This document shows, piece by piece, positions 32,583-47,100 of a DNA stretch of 64,000 nt. This DNA comes from Chrysomallon squamiferum (Eukaryota > Animalia > Mollusca). Each line of letters begins with the position of its first letter. Positions within the stretch are counted from its first letter, which is position 1. The notes beneath the pieces were generated by a model. It had not been told where the DNA came from, did no database searches, and worked only from the letters and a program-made list of their open reading frames with translations. The stretch lies in contig CM022667.1 in NCBI GenBank assembly GCA_012295275.1, forward strand, positions 17,422,001 through 17,486,000, given 5' to 3'. The position numbers and the translations under genes are program-made.

Positions 32583-33586
32583 AATAAACCCTTCGTGGAG
32601 CAGTTAAAGAAATAGAAAATACCAGAGTGAGTGTATTAAGAAAAAGTGATACTGAAAAATACTCTTCATCTTTTATCATTAGAAAATTCATACTAATATA
32701 TATAACATAAAATCAGTTGTTAACATTTTAAATGAAATTATCTACTTTTAATGATCCATTTTCTTCCATATCTTACCAACAGTTTCTCTGCAGTTAGCAC
32801 CATTGTATCACTTCAAATTTCAGTCAGTTTCACAACTTTCAGTCTGGGATGGTGCAGAGAGTCATCAGAAGTAAAACATTTCTTTTCCATTAAAACCTTT
32901 ATAGGCACTATTCAGAAAGGTTATTCAATTCTTTTTTCTTTATTTTAATTATTATTCTATTTAATATTTTTAGGTTTATTGGAGAGGAGTCAGCCGTGGA
33001 AGGTGAACAGTGTAAATACACAGATGATCCAACATGGATAGTGGATCCCATCGACGGAACAGCAAACTTTGTTCATCGGTACACTTATTATTTATTTAGT
33101 TTTTGAATTTTTTTTTTATACATTTATGTTTACTCATGTGTATGTACATATATTATTTTTTAATTTTTTTAATTACAACAGCTGAACAGTAACAGTTTAT
33201 TATTTTTCTTCTCATTTAAGGTCAGAGTAAACAAAAACAAAAAGAGACAATAAATTAAAAAATAATATGAATACAAGAAATAATTTATATATAGCAAGTT
33301 AATGTAAAAATATTACAAAACAAATATGAAAATCAAGACAAGAAATTAAAAGGAGAAATATATATATAATGCTTGTTTATGTAGATCTTTTATATTATGT
33401 TTATTCTTCCAGCATTCCTGAAGTTTCATTTTCTCTTGCCATTGCTGTGAACAAAAAGGTAGATGAAAAAATAAAATTATTTTTCCTTTAAACATTTCAT
33501 TTCAAATCCTTTATTGGCTTATTGCTGTCTTTATTTTCTGTCATTTTCTTCTTTCTTTGAAAAAAAAATAATTGTATATCTATTTA

Positions 33587-33640
<54 letters not shown>

Positions 33641-35987
33641 ACTCAGATATACCAGTGATTTTCCAGCACTCTTGTCACCCAGCTTACAGACCAAAACACC
33701 ACAGTTCTACTTTATTTTGGATTGATGTGACCTGGTGCTTACATCTGACACCATGATTAACACACTCATTTGTTGTAGAAAACATAGCTGGGGTTAAATT
33801 CAAGCAAAACAACACCATCTTGTCTGCACAGTTAACTAGTGGCCATGGACATTTCAAGATGTCAGACCATCAGTTGCCAGATATTCAGTGGTGTACCTAC
33901 CTGTATATATGTATATGCTGTCATTGGTAATACATTCCTTTAAAAAAAGAAAAAAACAGGTGTTTTTTTTGTCTTTGTCTTTTATTTATTGTTTATTTTT
34001 GTTTTTTCAATTCAGGTTGTAATAGGAATAATTTATCTGCCTGCCCTGGAGAAAATGTACACAGCAAAACAAGGCAAGGGAGCCTTCTGTAACGGGGAGA
34101 AAATTAACGTCCATAAGATAGAAAGTAAATATGTAATTGAAATATATTTTAAATAATTATAACTGTTGCATCTGGCAGTGTGATACTGCTGTAATACTGT
34201 ATCGTTGTTGTTTTATTTTATTTTTGTTATTGTAAATTATTTTTGTTGTTATTTTTGTAAACTATTGTTATTAATGTTGTTGTTACCATTTCTGGTTTTT
34301 ATTTTTGTTATTAAAAAGAAAAATATTTGCATAACTTTTATGAACTGAATAAATTAAAGGTGTTTTTTTTTTTTTTTTTTTAAAGATCTGAAAGATGCTG
34401 TTGTTATTACTGAAGGTGGAAATTCTAGAGATCCTGCTGTTCTTAAAACTAAGATGAAGAACATGGAAGCTATTATTACCAAGTCACATGGGTACTTGTT
34501 TTCTACCATCATCGTTATCATCATCATCATTATTATTATCATTACTAGTCATCAACATCTTGGTTTATTTATTTATTTATATGATTTGATTTGATTTTTT
34601 GGTTTAATTTATTTAATTCTATTTTATTTTATAGTATTTTATTTTGCAAGAACAGCAGCTTTAAATATATTGCTGATTTCAACCAGTCTCTCTCTCTCAG
34701 CCAATATGTGCTTTATAAGCTGTAAGCAAATGCATATAAAAAGACTCCTTGCAGCCTGTTTTCTCTGTAAAATGTTATTAATATACCATCTTGCAAAAAG
34801 TTTCTTCTCAGATATCATCTTAATAAACCATCTGCTTGAAACCTTGCATCTCTTTAAGTTTTCAAAATGTTTCACGGGTTGATTCTTATTTAATTATTCT
34901 CTGCAGTATCCGGGCCTATGGATCAGCAGCAATTAACATGTGCAAAGTGGCCAGTGGGTGCTCCGAGGCCTACGTCGAGTATGGAATTCACTGCTGGGAC
35001 ATCGCAGCGGGGCAGATTATTGTTGAAGAAGCTGGTGGTGTTGTTGTAGATCCATCAGGTGAAAAAAAAAAAAAAAAAACCCTAAACCCCACAAAACAAT
35101 AATTTGTGAAATTGAAATATGTTAAATTTTACATCAAAGAAATTCAGCACTAAATAATTATGGAAAGTCAGGATTATTTTCAAACAGAGAGTTATTTTAT
35201 GACACTTTATTTCTAATTATATTCGATAATTTTACCATCAATAAAAATAAAAGATGTTGGAAATTAATTGTATTGCATTTCTCAAAAAACAAAGACAGTG
35301 AATAAAAGATTTTGACCATAAATGCTATCAAGGAAATGCATATTTAAATTACTAAATAATAATAAGAGGAAAATATGAAAGTAATATTCATCCTTTCACA
35401 TAAGGACATTTCTTCAGTCCAGATAGGTAATTTCTTCCGGCAAGATAGATAAATTTGTAACTCTGTGAAACAGTCCAGAAATCAGTTGTTATTTTTGTTT
35501 TGTAGATAATGAATCCTGATGTATGAAACAGATGTACATAAACACACACTCATGCACCTGCACCCACATGTTCAGCTGTAAGAAACATCCTCTACCCAGT
35601 TTAATTCACCTAATTTTTTAAATTCACCAAGTGATTCACATCATATGACTTGTGTCAGAGCCAGGGTGAAGTCAGTACAAAAATTAATTATAAATCTAGA
35701 TACGGAGTTGATAGATCCATATTATACAACCACTTATCTTAAGAAGTCACACATCTTTTCTTCATACTTGGATGACGATTTATAATCTGAAAATGTAAAA
35801 TTCATTTTCAGTACTTTTTTATTATCTAGTTTTTAGATTGTCTTTTAATAAAAAAAAAATTAAAAATTTGTTTTTTTCAGGTGGTAATTTTGACCTAATG
35901 AATCGAAGAGTCCTGTGTGCATCTACTAAAAACCTAGCAAAGGAAATGTCGGCCATTTTGACCAATATAGATTTAACCAGAGATTGA
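31668..35987 (+). CDS. IMPA1: Inositol monophosphatase (~278 aa), 8 coding exons
   Basis: Exons 31668-31745, 32299-32432, 32974-33078, 33413-33458, 34016-34124, 34386-34491, 34907-35058, 35881-35987 (837 nt, in frame). Motifs [58 protein letters not shown]. Confidence 0.95.
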
Positions 35988-37279
35988 TATCTATAAAAAA
36001 AACTCTCCAAACAATGAATCTAAAATTCTTAAAATGTTTTATATATATCATAAATTTTTGTAAGACTTTTTACACAGACTTACATTTTAGACAAACATTT
36101 ATTGTTAACATTAAAAGTAATTTCAAGCAAAGTAAACTGAATTCATTTGCTGAATTTCTTTTTCTTTTTTTAAAGAAAAGAAATAGGAAAAGAAGATCTT
36201 TTTTCAGAATTATTTAGATATTAAGCAAAGTATTGTTTAAAATTTTACTTTGGCTGAATTTTGTCAGTATAGCATTTTATTTAGTAGGGTAGCATCAAAA
36301 CTACAATAATATGGTGTTTATTTTGCCATTTTTAACAAAGATGTATTCTGCACACCAATTAGCTAAATCGTGTTTGCTTAGCCAACAACAATCTGTATGT
36401 TGCACATAGAGTATTAACAGGATTAATAAAGTAAAGTAAAATAAAAATATAGATGTGTGTGTGTGTGTGTCAGTGAAACTTTAATGTGATTAAAACAATA
36501 TTGTTTAATTTTATATTTTTACTTTTCATTTTTCTTAGTTTTTGCAGATTTTCTAGAAGTGCCGTGTTACTTATTTCTTCTTCTTCTTATTATTATTATT
36601 ATTATTATTTGTTTATTTATTCTGATGTTTTCTGGGTATAATTATTTTACTGTATTTGGGGTTTGGGAGGGTGGTGTGGTTGAATGGGATGGAGTGTATG
36701 TTTATGTTTCTGTGTAAATTACTAAACTTGTATAATAAGAAATAAAGTGCTAGATTTCCAAAGTACTTTGTGGGTTTTCTTTCATTTAATAAAATAAATA
36801 ATTCAAATTAAAAATAAAATATATTTATTTTTCTATTTTTACCTTTTTGATTCAAGAATTTTTTTTTTTTTTTTTTTTTTTTTTCGGTTTCTTCTTATTA
36901 TTAAATTTTGTATTAATAGTATATCCAATTTTAAAATAGCCCCTTTCAAACTTAAACTGAAGCTAGCAAAGTGTTATTTTGAACGTTTGTCATTTTTAAA
37001 TAGAAATGTAGACGTGATAAACAATGAGGTTTGTGTGCATTATTTTGTTACACGTCAACTGCAGCCACACTACTGACTACAATATCGGGACAGAGGTGTA
37101 TAAAATACCAATCATATTTATCAGTAAATAACCGGTTCACGTTGAAAATATTCAATAAACCGCTACGTTGAGCAGTGGTAATAGTCCATACGGTTGAAAA
37201 GCACGCTGACCTTCAAATACGTTTGTTTTTTTCCATAGATTTTGTTCATGTAAATCATGAACGTTCCACAAGCCTGGAG

Positions 37280-37371
37280 CAAACTTTGGTGGAAAATGAC
37301 GTCAGCTGTATGCTGAATCAGTCGAAAAAACACTGACGTACGTGCGATCAAAGTTCATGAAGTCCTTGACT
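37280..37371. repeat. ~91-bp direct repeat, second copy at 38663-38754
   Basis: CAAACTTTG(G/T)TGGAAAATGACGTCAGCTG...GAAGTCCTTGACT occurs twice with one mismatch. Confidence 0.9.
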
Positions 37372-37636
37372 TCAGCAGCATCTTGCTGCATGCGTTCAGT
37401 ACCCTCCTTATCTTCAAAGAAAGGTTAAAAAGAAATAAAAAAAATAGTGCATCCATCATGCCACAGAATAGCTAAAGTCAGCATCCACATTTAGTGCGGA
37501 TGGACTCGTCTAAATCCAGAAATGTGACGTACTCTGACAAAGACGATAGAAACAACTATTAATACTAACATGACGACCCAAGGCAGCAAAGATGACCAAA
37601 ATCCGTCACTACAGTTTGCCTCTTTCTTTAAACTAC
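37355..37636 (-). CDS. Putative 3' exons of an unidentified membrane protein (TM helix plus short basic tail)
   Basis: Minus-strand exons 37533-37636 (acceptor TTTCTTGTTCCTGTGTCAG, donor GTACGT) and 37355-37411 (long pyrimidine tract ending TTTGAAG) join in frame to give SLKKEANCSDGFWSSLLPWVVMLVLIVVSIVFVR-IRRVLNACSKMLLKSRTS*. Upstream exons not resolved. Confidence 0.4.
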
Positions 37637-37900
37637 CTGACACAGGAACAAGAAACTATTCTATAAACTTGGATGATTTTGATATATAAAAATTATGATT
37701 TGTTCCTAAATTGTGACTTTATTCGCTACAAAATATATGTAAAATATGTAAAAATGTGTATGTGTGTGTGTGTGTATTGCCCTCACATATGTTACAAAAC
37801 ATACACATGAATATGATGAATACAGTTTATTAATGTATTCTGCGGTGGGGGGGAATATATATATATATATTAAATTTTATTTTAATTATTATTATTATTA

Positions 37901-37955
<55 letters not shown>

Positions 37956-39384
37956 GTATTTTTTCCTTTATAATGAAACCACTTGAAAATTATATTTTAC
38001 AAAAACCAGCATTTTTAACTGATTTTATACCTCTTTTATATTTTTTATTTGATTTGATTTATTGATTTATTTAAATTATTATTACTTTTTTTAAATAAAG
38101 CCATGGTGTTTAGGGATTAAGCAAGAATTAATCTGCAGCTAATTATGTTGAAATGTCATGTTAAGTTAATAAATTTATAGTGTTGTTATTTCATTCTGAT
38201 TAATGTAGCAGTTTGTCAGAGCTAGTGCTGATACAGATTCAGAAACGTATTGTGTTGTTTGTTGTTTTTTTTTTTTTTGTTGTTGTTGGGGTTTTTTTGT
38301 GCACTTAATGTGTTAATTAAACAGTTTAACACTGTGCCAAAGATATTTTTAAAAATTAAGAAAAAGTTTGTATTGTTTTTTGTTTTTTTTATAATTTCTT
38401 TTGGAACATTTGGAAATTTCATAAATAGCATAGAACAAAATTCTGGAATATTATTTCAGATGTAATGGAAACCAAACATCAATACGAGAAACCCAACATC
38501 AGATTTCATGAATAATGAGAACTGTATGATCTGGGGAAAGATAATCTTAGTGCTTTTCATCAAAGTGATTTACGTCCCGTTAAATTCTCTCTCTCGTGTA
38601 TTACTGGACATAATTTTTTTGGGGGGGGTTGAAAACGTAGATGGCACAAAAAAAAAAAAGAACAAACTTTGTTGGAAAATGACGTCAGCTGTATGCTGAA
38701 TCAGTCGAAAAAACACTGACGTACGTGCGATCAAAGTTCATGAAGTCCTTGACTAAATAAATAATTAAATGAAAAAATAAAAAATAAAAAGCAGTTGTTG
38801 TTGTGATGGTGACTGAGAAATATTGGCACATACAAACACACATTTACACATACATACACACAGACTTTCATATGTGTGTGTATGTGTTTCTATCTGTGAC
38901 TGTGTTTATGTATGTATGTCAATAGATAATTGTGTGTGTGTCTGTGTGACTGTGTGTATATTGGTCTGTCTGTGTGTATGTGTGTCTGTTACTGTGTATG
39001 ACTATAATGTCTTCTGTATTGTTTTGAAATAATTAATTGACCATGTGTAAATGAAAAAAAAAAAATATTGTGCTTAAATTTAAAATGAAAAAAAAAACCA
39101 AATGTATTTTCACCATTTACTCTTACAGTTAACAATTGACATTACTGCAAAATATATTTTATGTTTTATTACAGCGGCAACAATAAAACACAAGTATTCT
39201 AGCTGCGTGTGTCTGTGTGTATCTGTAGGTGTTGATGCATGCCTGTCTTGGAATGGGCGTGGTGTAATCCAAATTAATTTAATATGCAACGCAGCGAAAA
39301 CATCAAAATGATGAATGAAAAAAACCCAGCGTTAACACGAAAACAATAAAAAGAATAAAAAGAAATAATCATTATACAAACAAT

Positions 39385-40527
<1,143 letters not shown>

Positions 40528-40961
40528 AAGTCACATATTGTGACAGAATAAATAAATATCTGTTTTGAATGCAGAATTTTTTTTTTTTTTTTTTTTTTCT
40601 CTCTTTTTCCTCTCCTTTTCTTTTTGTATTAGTTTTAATCAATTATTTAATTATTTCGTAGCACAAAGCGGAAATTTATAAAGTTTCTGAGCTGGGACAG
40701 TAACAGGCAAAATAGTAGCTGGCTGTCAACATTTATTTGCTACCAGTTTAGTTTCGCTCACTAAACTACAACTGTTAAAGATTCACATTTAATAATCCTG
40801 TATTTATAATTTTCCTTCTTATTATTTATAAGAACATAGCGTCTATGGCAAGCATTCAAAATATGACCGCGTCAAAAAATTTACCATAACAGAAACGTTT
40901 CACTGGCGTCCCTCTTCCTAACCTATCTCAAATAAATACACATCGCAAAAACATGCACGCA

Positions 40962-40993
<32 letters not shown>

Positions 40994-42724
40994 CATATAT
41001 ATGCACATCAAAAATATGTATTAGTAATATTATTAAGTCTTTGTGTTGCTAATGTTGCTATCACTTCAATCCTATTACTACTACTGCTGCTACTATTACC
41101 ACTATTACTAATAATATTAGTGCTACTACCTGCTAATACAATTTCTGCTATTAACGCTATTAATACTACTGTTACTGCCAGTACTGCTGCTGGTGATATT
41201 ACCACTATCAACACGACAACGACTACGGCTACAACGACTAGCTCTTCTCAGACTGACAATGGGAAGATTCATCTAAGAATATTCCGTGTTGTAATGTTTT
41301 CATCTCAATACATTTAGTGTGTGTCTTATATGTGGACGTGCGTACGTGCGTTTGTGCAAGCTATTGACTGATGAAAGTGCCTGAATGTATTATATATACA
41401 GGAATCAAAATTCTGTTGTTGTAGCCGATTAGTCACTGCACGTAGACAGATACCGCTGAGACTGTGCTGTTTGCAAATGACTATATGACAAATGCAAATA
41501 GCAAATTTGTTTCTACATAAATTTAATGAAAATAAAAATTAATGTTAAAACATCAGATAATTAGTATTTGTTTTTGATTGTTTATTTTAATTTATCAGAA
41601 AAATTATTTTACAAAGAAAAATACATTACAAAAAAAAGTAAAGAAAGAAGTCTGTGATGTTGTTAACATCTAATATTATCTTACAGAGAGGCTTGTATTT
41701 TGTATGATGTCCGAGTTAATTTGTAGAAAAAGATGTTTCAAAGTACTGGCAGCTGTATGCGTGGTAAAAGTAATAAACATAGTATTAATAGATGTTGTAT
41801 AAATAACAGTAGTCGTCACAGTGCAGTGGTCGTCGCCGTGATAGCAGTTGTAATAGTAATAGTTATTGCTGTAGCAGAGACGCTGATGTAGTGGTAGTAG
41901 TAGAAGTAGTGGAACTAGCAGCATCAGCAGAAGGGTCGCTACAGTCGTTGGAGTGGGTATAGTGTGTACCTCGAACACTTTTTTCTTCTCGTCAAAGAAA
42001 TCTGATTCATGTTCCAGTTCCAAGAATTTCTGATCTCTGAAGTGTTAATCTTTAATCAGTTTTAAACTGATGTTTTTTTTTTTCCCTTAGTTGTTTTGAA
42101 GACGTTAGGAAATGGGGAGAATTGGGTCACATCGGGAGATTTGGGAAAATGGGATTCTATGCTGTAGTAACATACAAGAAACTAACAAACATCTTTTATT
42201 GAAGATATTGATAATATTAATATTCAAGAACCGTGTTAACTACAATATGGTATATTAATAATCTTTCTTTAGTTATGCTTATACATAGTCACTATTCAAC
42301 ATTCATTATCACTGCTGGCACAAGACCTGCATCATTGTTTTCTTTTGAAAATTTCTTAGCATCATGATTTTTAATTGTATATTTTTGTTAATACGAGTAA
42401 CATTTACTACATGTCTGGAGGCAGAAGTGAGACACCCACTGGAGAAAACCGCGAACACTACATACTATACTACACATACCGCGACATAACAGAGGCAAGA
42501 CAAAACGTCCATTAAACATCATCTAACTAAGATACATGGCATTAACGAATAAAATGTAGGTTGAAAAAAAAAATTGTTTTCTATGCTTGTAGTGTTTTCC
42601 CGTGAGCGTGTGACAAGAATCAAAGGTCTTCAGATAATTGTATCTTTGAATTTGATTACAGGTTTACAGAACAGATTTACAGCGTCTGTCTGAATTCTCC
42701 CTCAGTAATCCCCGTTCTCCCTTA

Positions 42725-43300
42725 ATTATAACAATCATTGCTGAAGTAGTATTCGTAGTAGTAGAAGAAGTAATAGTAACATTGTAATAGCAGGATTATC
42801 ATTTGTTATTATTATAGCAATTATTGCTGAAGTAGTATTGGTAGTAGTAGAATGAAGTAGTAGTTGTATAATTGTAATAGTAGGGCTATCATTTCTCGTT
42901 TTATAACTAGCAATTATGCTGAATTAGTACTAGTGGTAGTAGTAGAAGAAGTAGTAGTTGTCAGATTGTAATAGTAGAACTAGCAGTTGTTGTTATGACA
43001 GTTATAGTTGCAATTATTGCAGAAACAGTACGACAGTAGTCGAAGAAAAAGTAGTACTACAATTTTATTAGCGGGACTATCATTTGTTGTGATTATAACT
43101 ATGATAGTAGCGATTATTGCTGAAGTAGTACGGTAGTAGTAGAATAACAAGTAATAGTAACATTTTAATAGTAGATGCTGTTATAACTGTGATAGTAGCC
43201 ATTATTGTTGAAGTAGTACTAAAAAGAATTAGTAGTGAAATTTTAATAGCAGGACTATCATTTATTGATAGAAGCAATTATTGCAGAAGCGATAGTCGTG
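42725..43300. repeat. Degenerate ~85-95-bp tandem repeat built on (GTA)n
   Basis: Recurring GCAATTATTGCTGAAGTAGTA...GTAGTAGAAG...ATTGTAATAG...ACTATCATTT, about 6 copies. Confidence 0.65.
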
Positions 43301-43559
43301 CATAGATGAGAATTTTTTTAATGCTGATTATTACTAAACCTTCCAGTTATTACAACTCTCCAGCATATTCTCACCAATAAACCACCATAACTGATTTCGT
43401 TTTTTATCTATATTTTAAAAATAATACTACTAATAATAAAAATTTAAATATAGATAGATAGATAGATTCTGAAAAGTGGTATTTCAGTACATCTTTCTAT
43501 ATGGTTCTATGTGAATTGTGAATTTTAAATGTTCTTTCACAAAAAATGAAAATTGAGAA

Positions 43560-44458
43560 AAATGAGATGGATTTTTATCATTTGATGCTCTTTTATTTCT
43601 GGAAAGGAAAAATGCTATACTATTAGCAAAAAAAAAAAAAAAAAAAATTTTTATGAAGATATGTAACGCTGAGAGTACTTTCGTTAGGGGTTTGCTAAGT
43701 TCAGAAGTGGAAGACAGAGAACATTCTAGTGTGCCTGACATCACTGATGATAATCAGAACAAAATGCTAATTAAACATCATCCAGATCATATGACACAGG
43801 ACATTGCAGAGATACTCCACATATCTCAAAATTATGAGTATTGTAAGTCTTTGGTAACATTTGGATATATGATATTTGGGTGCTTCAGTATTAACTGAAA
43901 AATTGTTTAATGGATCGCATTTCCATCTGCAATTCTATACTCAAATGCAGCGAAAATGACCAGGTTTTGGAAACAATAAACATATGTGGTGTTTATAACA
44001 ATGAGAAGAGAAAAACGTTCTGGAGTAAATGAAATAAAGCATCACAGTTAAATATTGCAAACACCGAAGAAGGTTAGTTTTATGTATCTGGTGGGACTGG
44101 AAAGGTTTTATGAGCTTCTTCCACAAAATCAGACTCTGGTACAGCTTGAGTGGGATATCCTATCACAAAGTCTGCACTGCCCTGACCTTGCTCCTTCAGA
44201 TTTCCACTTATTTCAAACCCTACAAAATTCTTCTAAAAAGGAAGAACTTCAGTTTTCTGGAAGCCTATGAAAACCAATTAAACTAGTTCATATCCTAGAA
44301 AGATGCCAAGTTCTTGTAGAATAGAATTGTGAAGCTGCCTGAAAGATGGTGAAAGACAGTGGAATAAAATTGTGGTTGAATACCTCTGCGTAAAAAGATC
44401 TAAATATTTTCTTTGACTTTCACTTAAAAAACACTATGAACTTTTGTTCCATCCTGGT
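43560..44458 (+). mobile_element. Degenerate mariner transposon remnant
   Basis: ELLPQNQT...LEWDILSQSLHCPDLAPSDFHLF resembles the mariner HPPYSPDLAPSDYHLF motif. Many stops, frameshifts and an internal deletion; mariner-like end near 44430-44458. Confidence 0.8.
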
Positions 44459-44647
44459 ATTATCCAGTGTATTTGTGTCACCGTGTTATGTACACATTAA
44501 TACCTTGTATTTTAAAAATCTCAATTAGAAAAGCAGCAATATATTTAAATAATATATATTTTTATTCCGTTTATTGATTGAAGTGACAACATCTGTATAA
44601 TCTTTGTCAGAAAGATGTTTCATTTTCTGCCACGTGTTAACTGATTT

Positions 44648-46013
44648 TTAGTTTATGTAGTGTGTGAAATCAAAGTATCTAAAAATTTCTGTTTCTGTTG
44701 CGACTTTTGAGATATTCAGTGTAGCAGCTGCTCCTAGGATTCCCCATCTTTGGAGATGTACAGGAACATCAGAGTCAGGTATAAGACCCCTGAAAATATA
44801 ACTGATATTACTATATTATCTTTATTTCTATTCGTACCGCTGCACTATTCTTACTGCTGCACTATTTCATATGCAATATTAGATTCTTGCGAGTCTACAG
44901 TCAAGCCTTTTCAAATTGTCACTTATTTTACAAAATTAAGAAATATGTGATAAAAAGAAGCTATTAATACATTTCTATAGTGAATTTTGGAACTGTACTG
45001 ATACTACTATCAAATTTTGTATTAAATAATTGTTTACCATTTAGTTTCATTTTCTGTCCCTTCATGTTGAGTCTGAACATTCTCCTTGACTAAAATAGAG
45101 AAATCCCGAAGAGCCTCTTCATATGTGCCCGAACGATAAATTTCTTTAATTACGGCATCATCTTTGTCTTTTGTTTTAAGCTCGTAAAAAACTTTCACGT
45201 ATAATTTATTGTAGTCAGAGAACCGTTCTAATCGAAACCAAAACAACAAATTGTTAGATAACTATAAAAATAATTTTAAGAAAAATAATTTTATAAAAAA
45301 GGAAAAGAAAAATATTGCTATTGTAAGAAATACCAGCTTGAGAAGAACATCAACAGCAGATAGAAAATGAAATCTGGTCCTTTACTACTATTGCTACAGA
45401 AATAATTATTACTACATCTATGACTACAACAATATCTGTGACTGATGTAACCCCTCTAGCTTCTACAACAGTTATGACCACAACTATAACTATAACAATA
45501 GCTATAACTAGTACTACAGCTTTAACTACTACTACAGTTTTAACTAATACCTCAGCTGTGACTATTACTATAGCTTATCAATACTGCTACTGCTTTTTTG
45601 TCTTTATTTTATTTTTTTTTTTTTTTTTTTTTTATTATTATTATTTTTTTTTATTATGATTTAAAGAAAACAAGTAGCAGGTTAGTATAGGAAAAACATA
45701 ATTTTTTTTTTTGGGGGGGCATCAGTGTAATTTAATTATGTATGTATGTGTGTATGTAGTATGCATGTATGTTCTGGTTATTAACATGTGTTTGTTTGTA
45801 TGTGTCTGTGTGTTTGTTTCTAAAGTACCTGCATGTTTTTGTGTGTGTTTATTTATTTTGATAATATATATGTAAATATATAATAACTTAACTTTTCTGT
45901 TGATTGTCCAGCTTATCCAAACGGACTGAATGTGCTTGAGCAGAGATAAAAAACTGAACACTCACTAAGACAACAATGGAAGCTAGTATGGCTCCTGTTA
46001 CATTGGCTCTCAT
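44648..46013 (-). CDS. Uncharacterised secreted protein, family member B (150 aa, 3 exons, intact)
   Basis: Minus-strand exons 45893-46013, 45038-45227, 44648-44789 (453 nt). MRANVTGAILASIVVLVSVQFFISAQA-HSVRLDKLDNQQKKR-FSDYNKLYVKVFYELKT...IYRSGTYEEALRDF...WGLIPDSDVPVHLQRWGILGAAATLNI...FDFTHYIN*. Confidence 0.85.
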
Positions 46014-47100
46014 ATTTCAAGTTCTTTCGTTTTCTTCTTCTTCTTTTTTAAAATACTGTAAATGAAAAATGTTTCGATGTTTGATATTTATTTGTATTTA
46101 TGGTATGTGTTTAGTGTCACAAGTTTAGAGAATATTATGATTATGCAAAGTTGTTGTTCACATCTGGTCTGATTGTCATTAAAAAAAATAATGGATCATT
46201 GATTATTTTTAATAAATTTATTAATTTATTTTGTTCATATAAAATCTATGTCTGTGTATATGGTGTGCGTGATGTACTTGAGTATATTCAGTGTTTATGA
46301 GTGTGCATATATGTCTGTGCTTGTGTGTGTGTATGCGTGAGTGTGAGCGGGCTCGTGTTTGTGTGTGAAGAGAGCAGTTCCATAATGCATGCTGAAGTTT
46401 GCTGTTTAGGAAGATCAGTCCTGTGTACTCTGAGCAGTACTTTATTATCACTAGAGAATGTCTGCCGTGTGACGCTATGTTCAGAGAAACAATTTAAATT
46501 CAGATGGTTCCTTGCTGATAATGATATGCTTCTATATAACATATTTTATTCATTCACATTAGTTCTTAGTTATTGCTTAATCAGTCTGTAATAAAATAAC
46601 TCGAAAATTATCATTCTGGGTATTTGCTGTGAACACTGCACCCATAATGCACAGTTTCTATTCAGACTGTTTCAAAGTAGTTAATACATCTTGTCAGTAC
46701 CAGTTATCTTATTTTAGAAGCAAGGCTTTCATAATAATGAATACGTTTATTTATAATTACTGTAAGCATAATCAGAATTGTAGTTTTGTGTTGTAGAACA
46801 GTACCGTTCATACAACAGGTATGCAAACAATTAGAAGTGACAAGTTGTGTGTATGCTCATAAATCGTCTTACAGCCAGTTTGTACACTGATGTCCATTAT
46901 CAGGTCCTTACACAAACACAATAATGTGGTAGGCATAAACAAGCAGGCATATGTGTGCGCCTTTGGTCACAGTTATACACACACGAACGTACTGATGTAT
47001 ATACACATACATACATATATACATACACAACAGATACATACATATACATAAACGTAAACATGCAAACGTTTTATTTAATTAATTTTTCGTTTTACTTCAG

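Noticed and set aside
33030-33075. IMPase motif reads DPIDGTANF instead of DPIDGTTNF
   Set aside because: The metal-binding Asp residues and the first Thr are intact, and this position varies in the family, so there is no evidence of inactivation.
46221-46591. ORFs repeated at 56026-56396 that look like a conserved gene
   Set aside because: Intronic RPP40 sequence copied by the inverted duplication. Open on both strands with (CA)n-derived composition.
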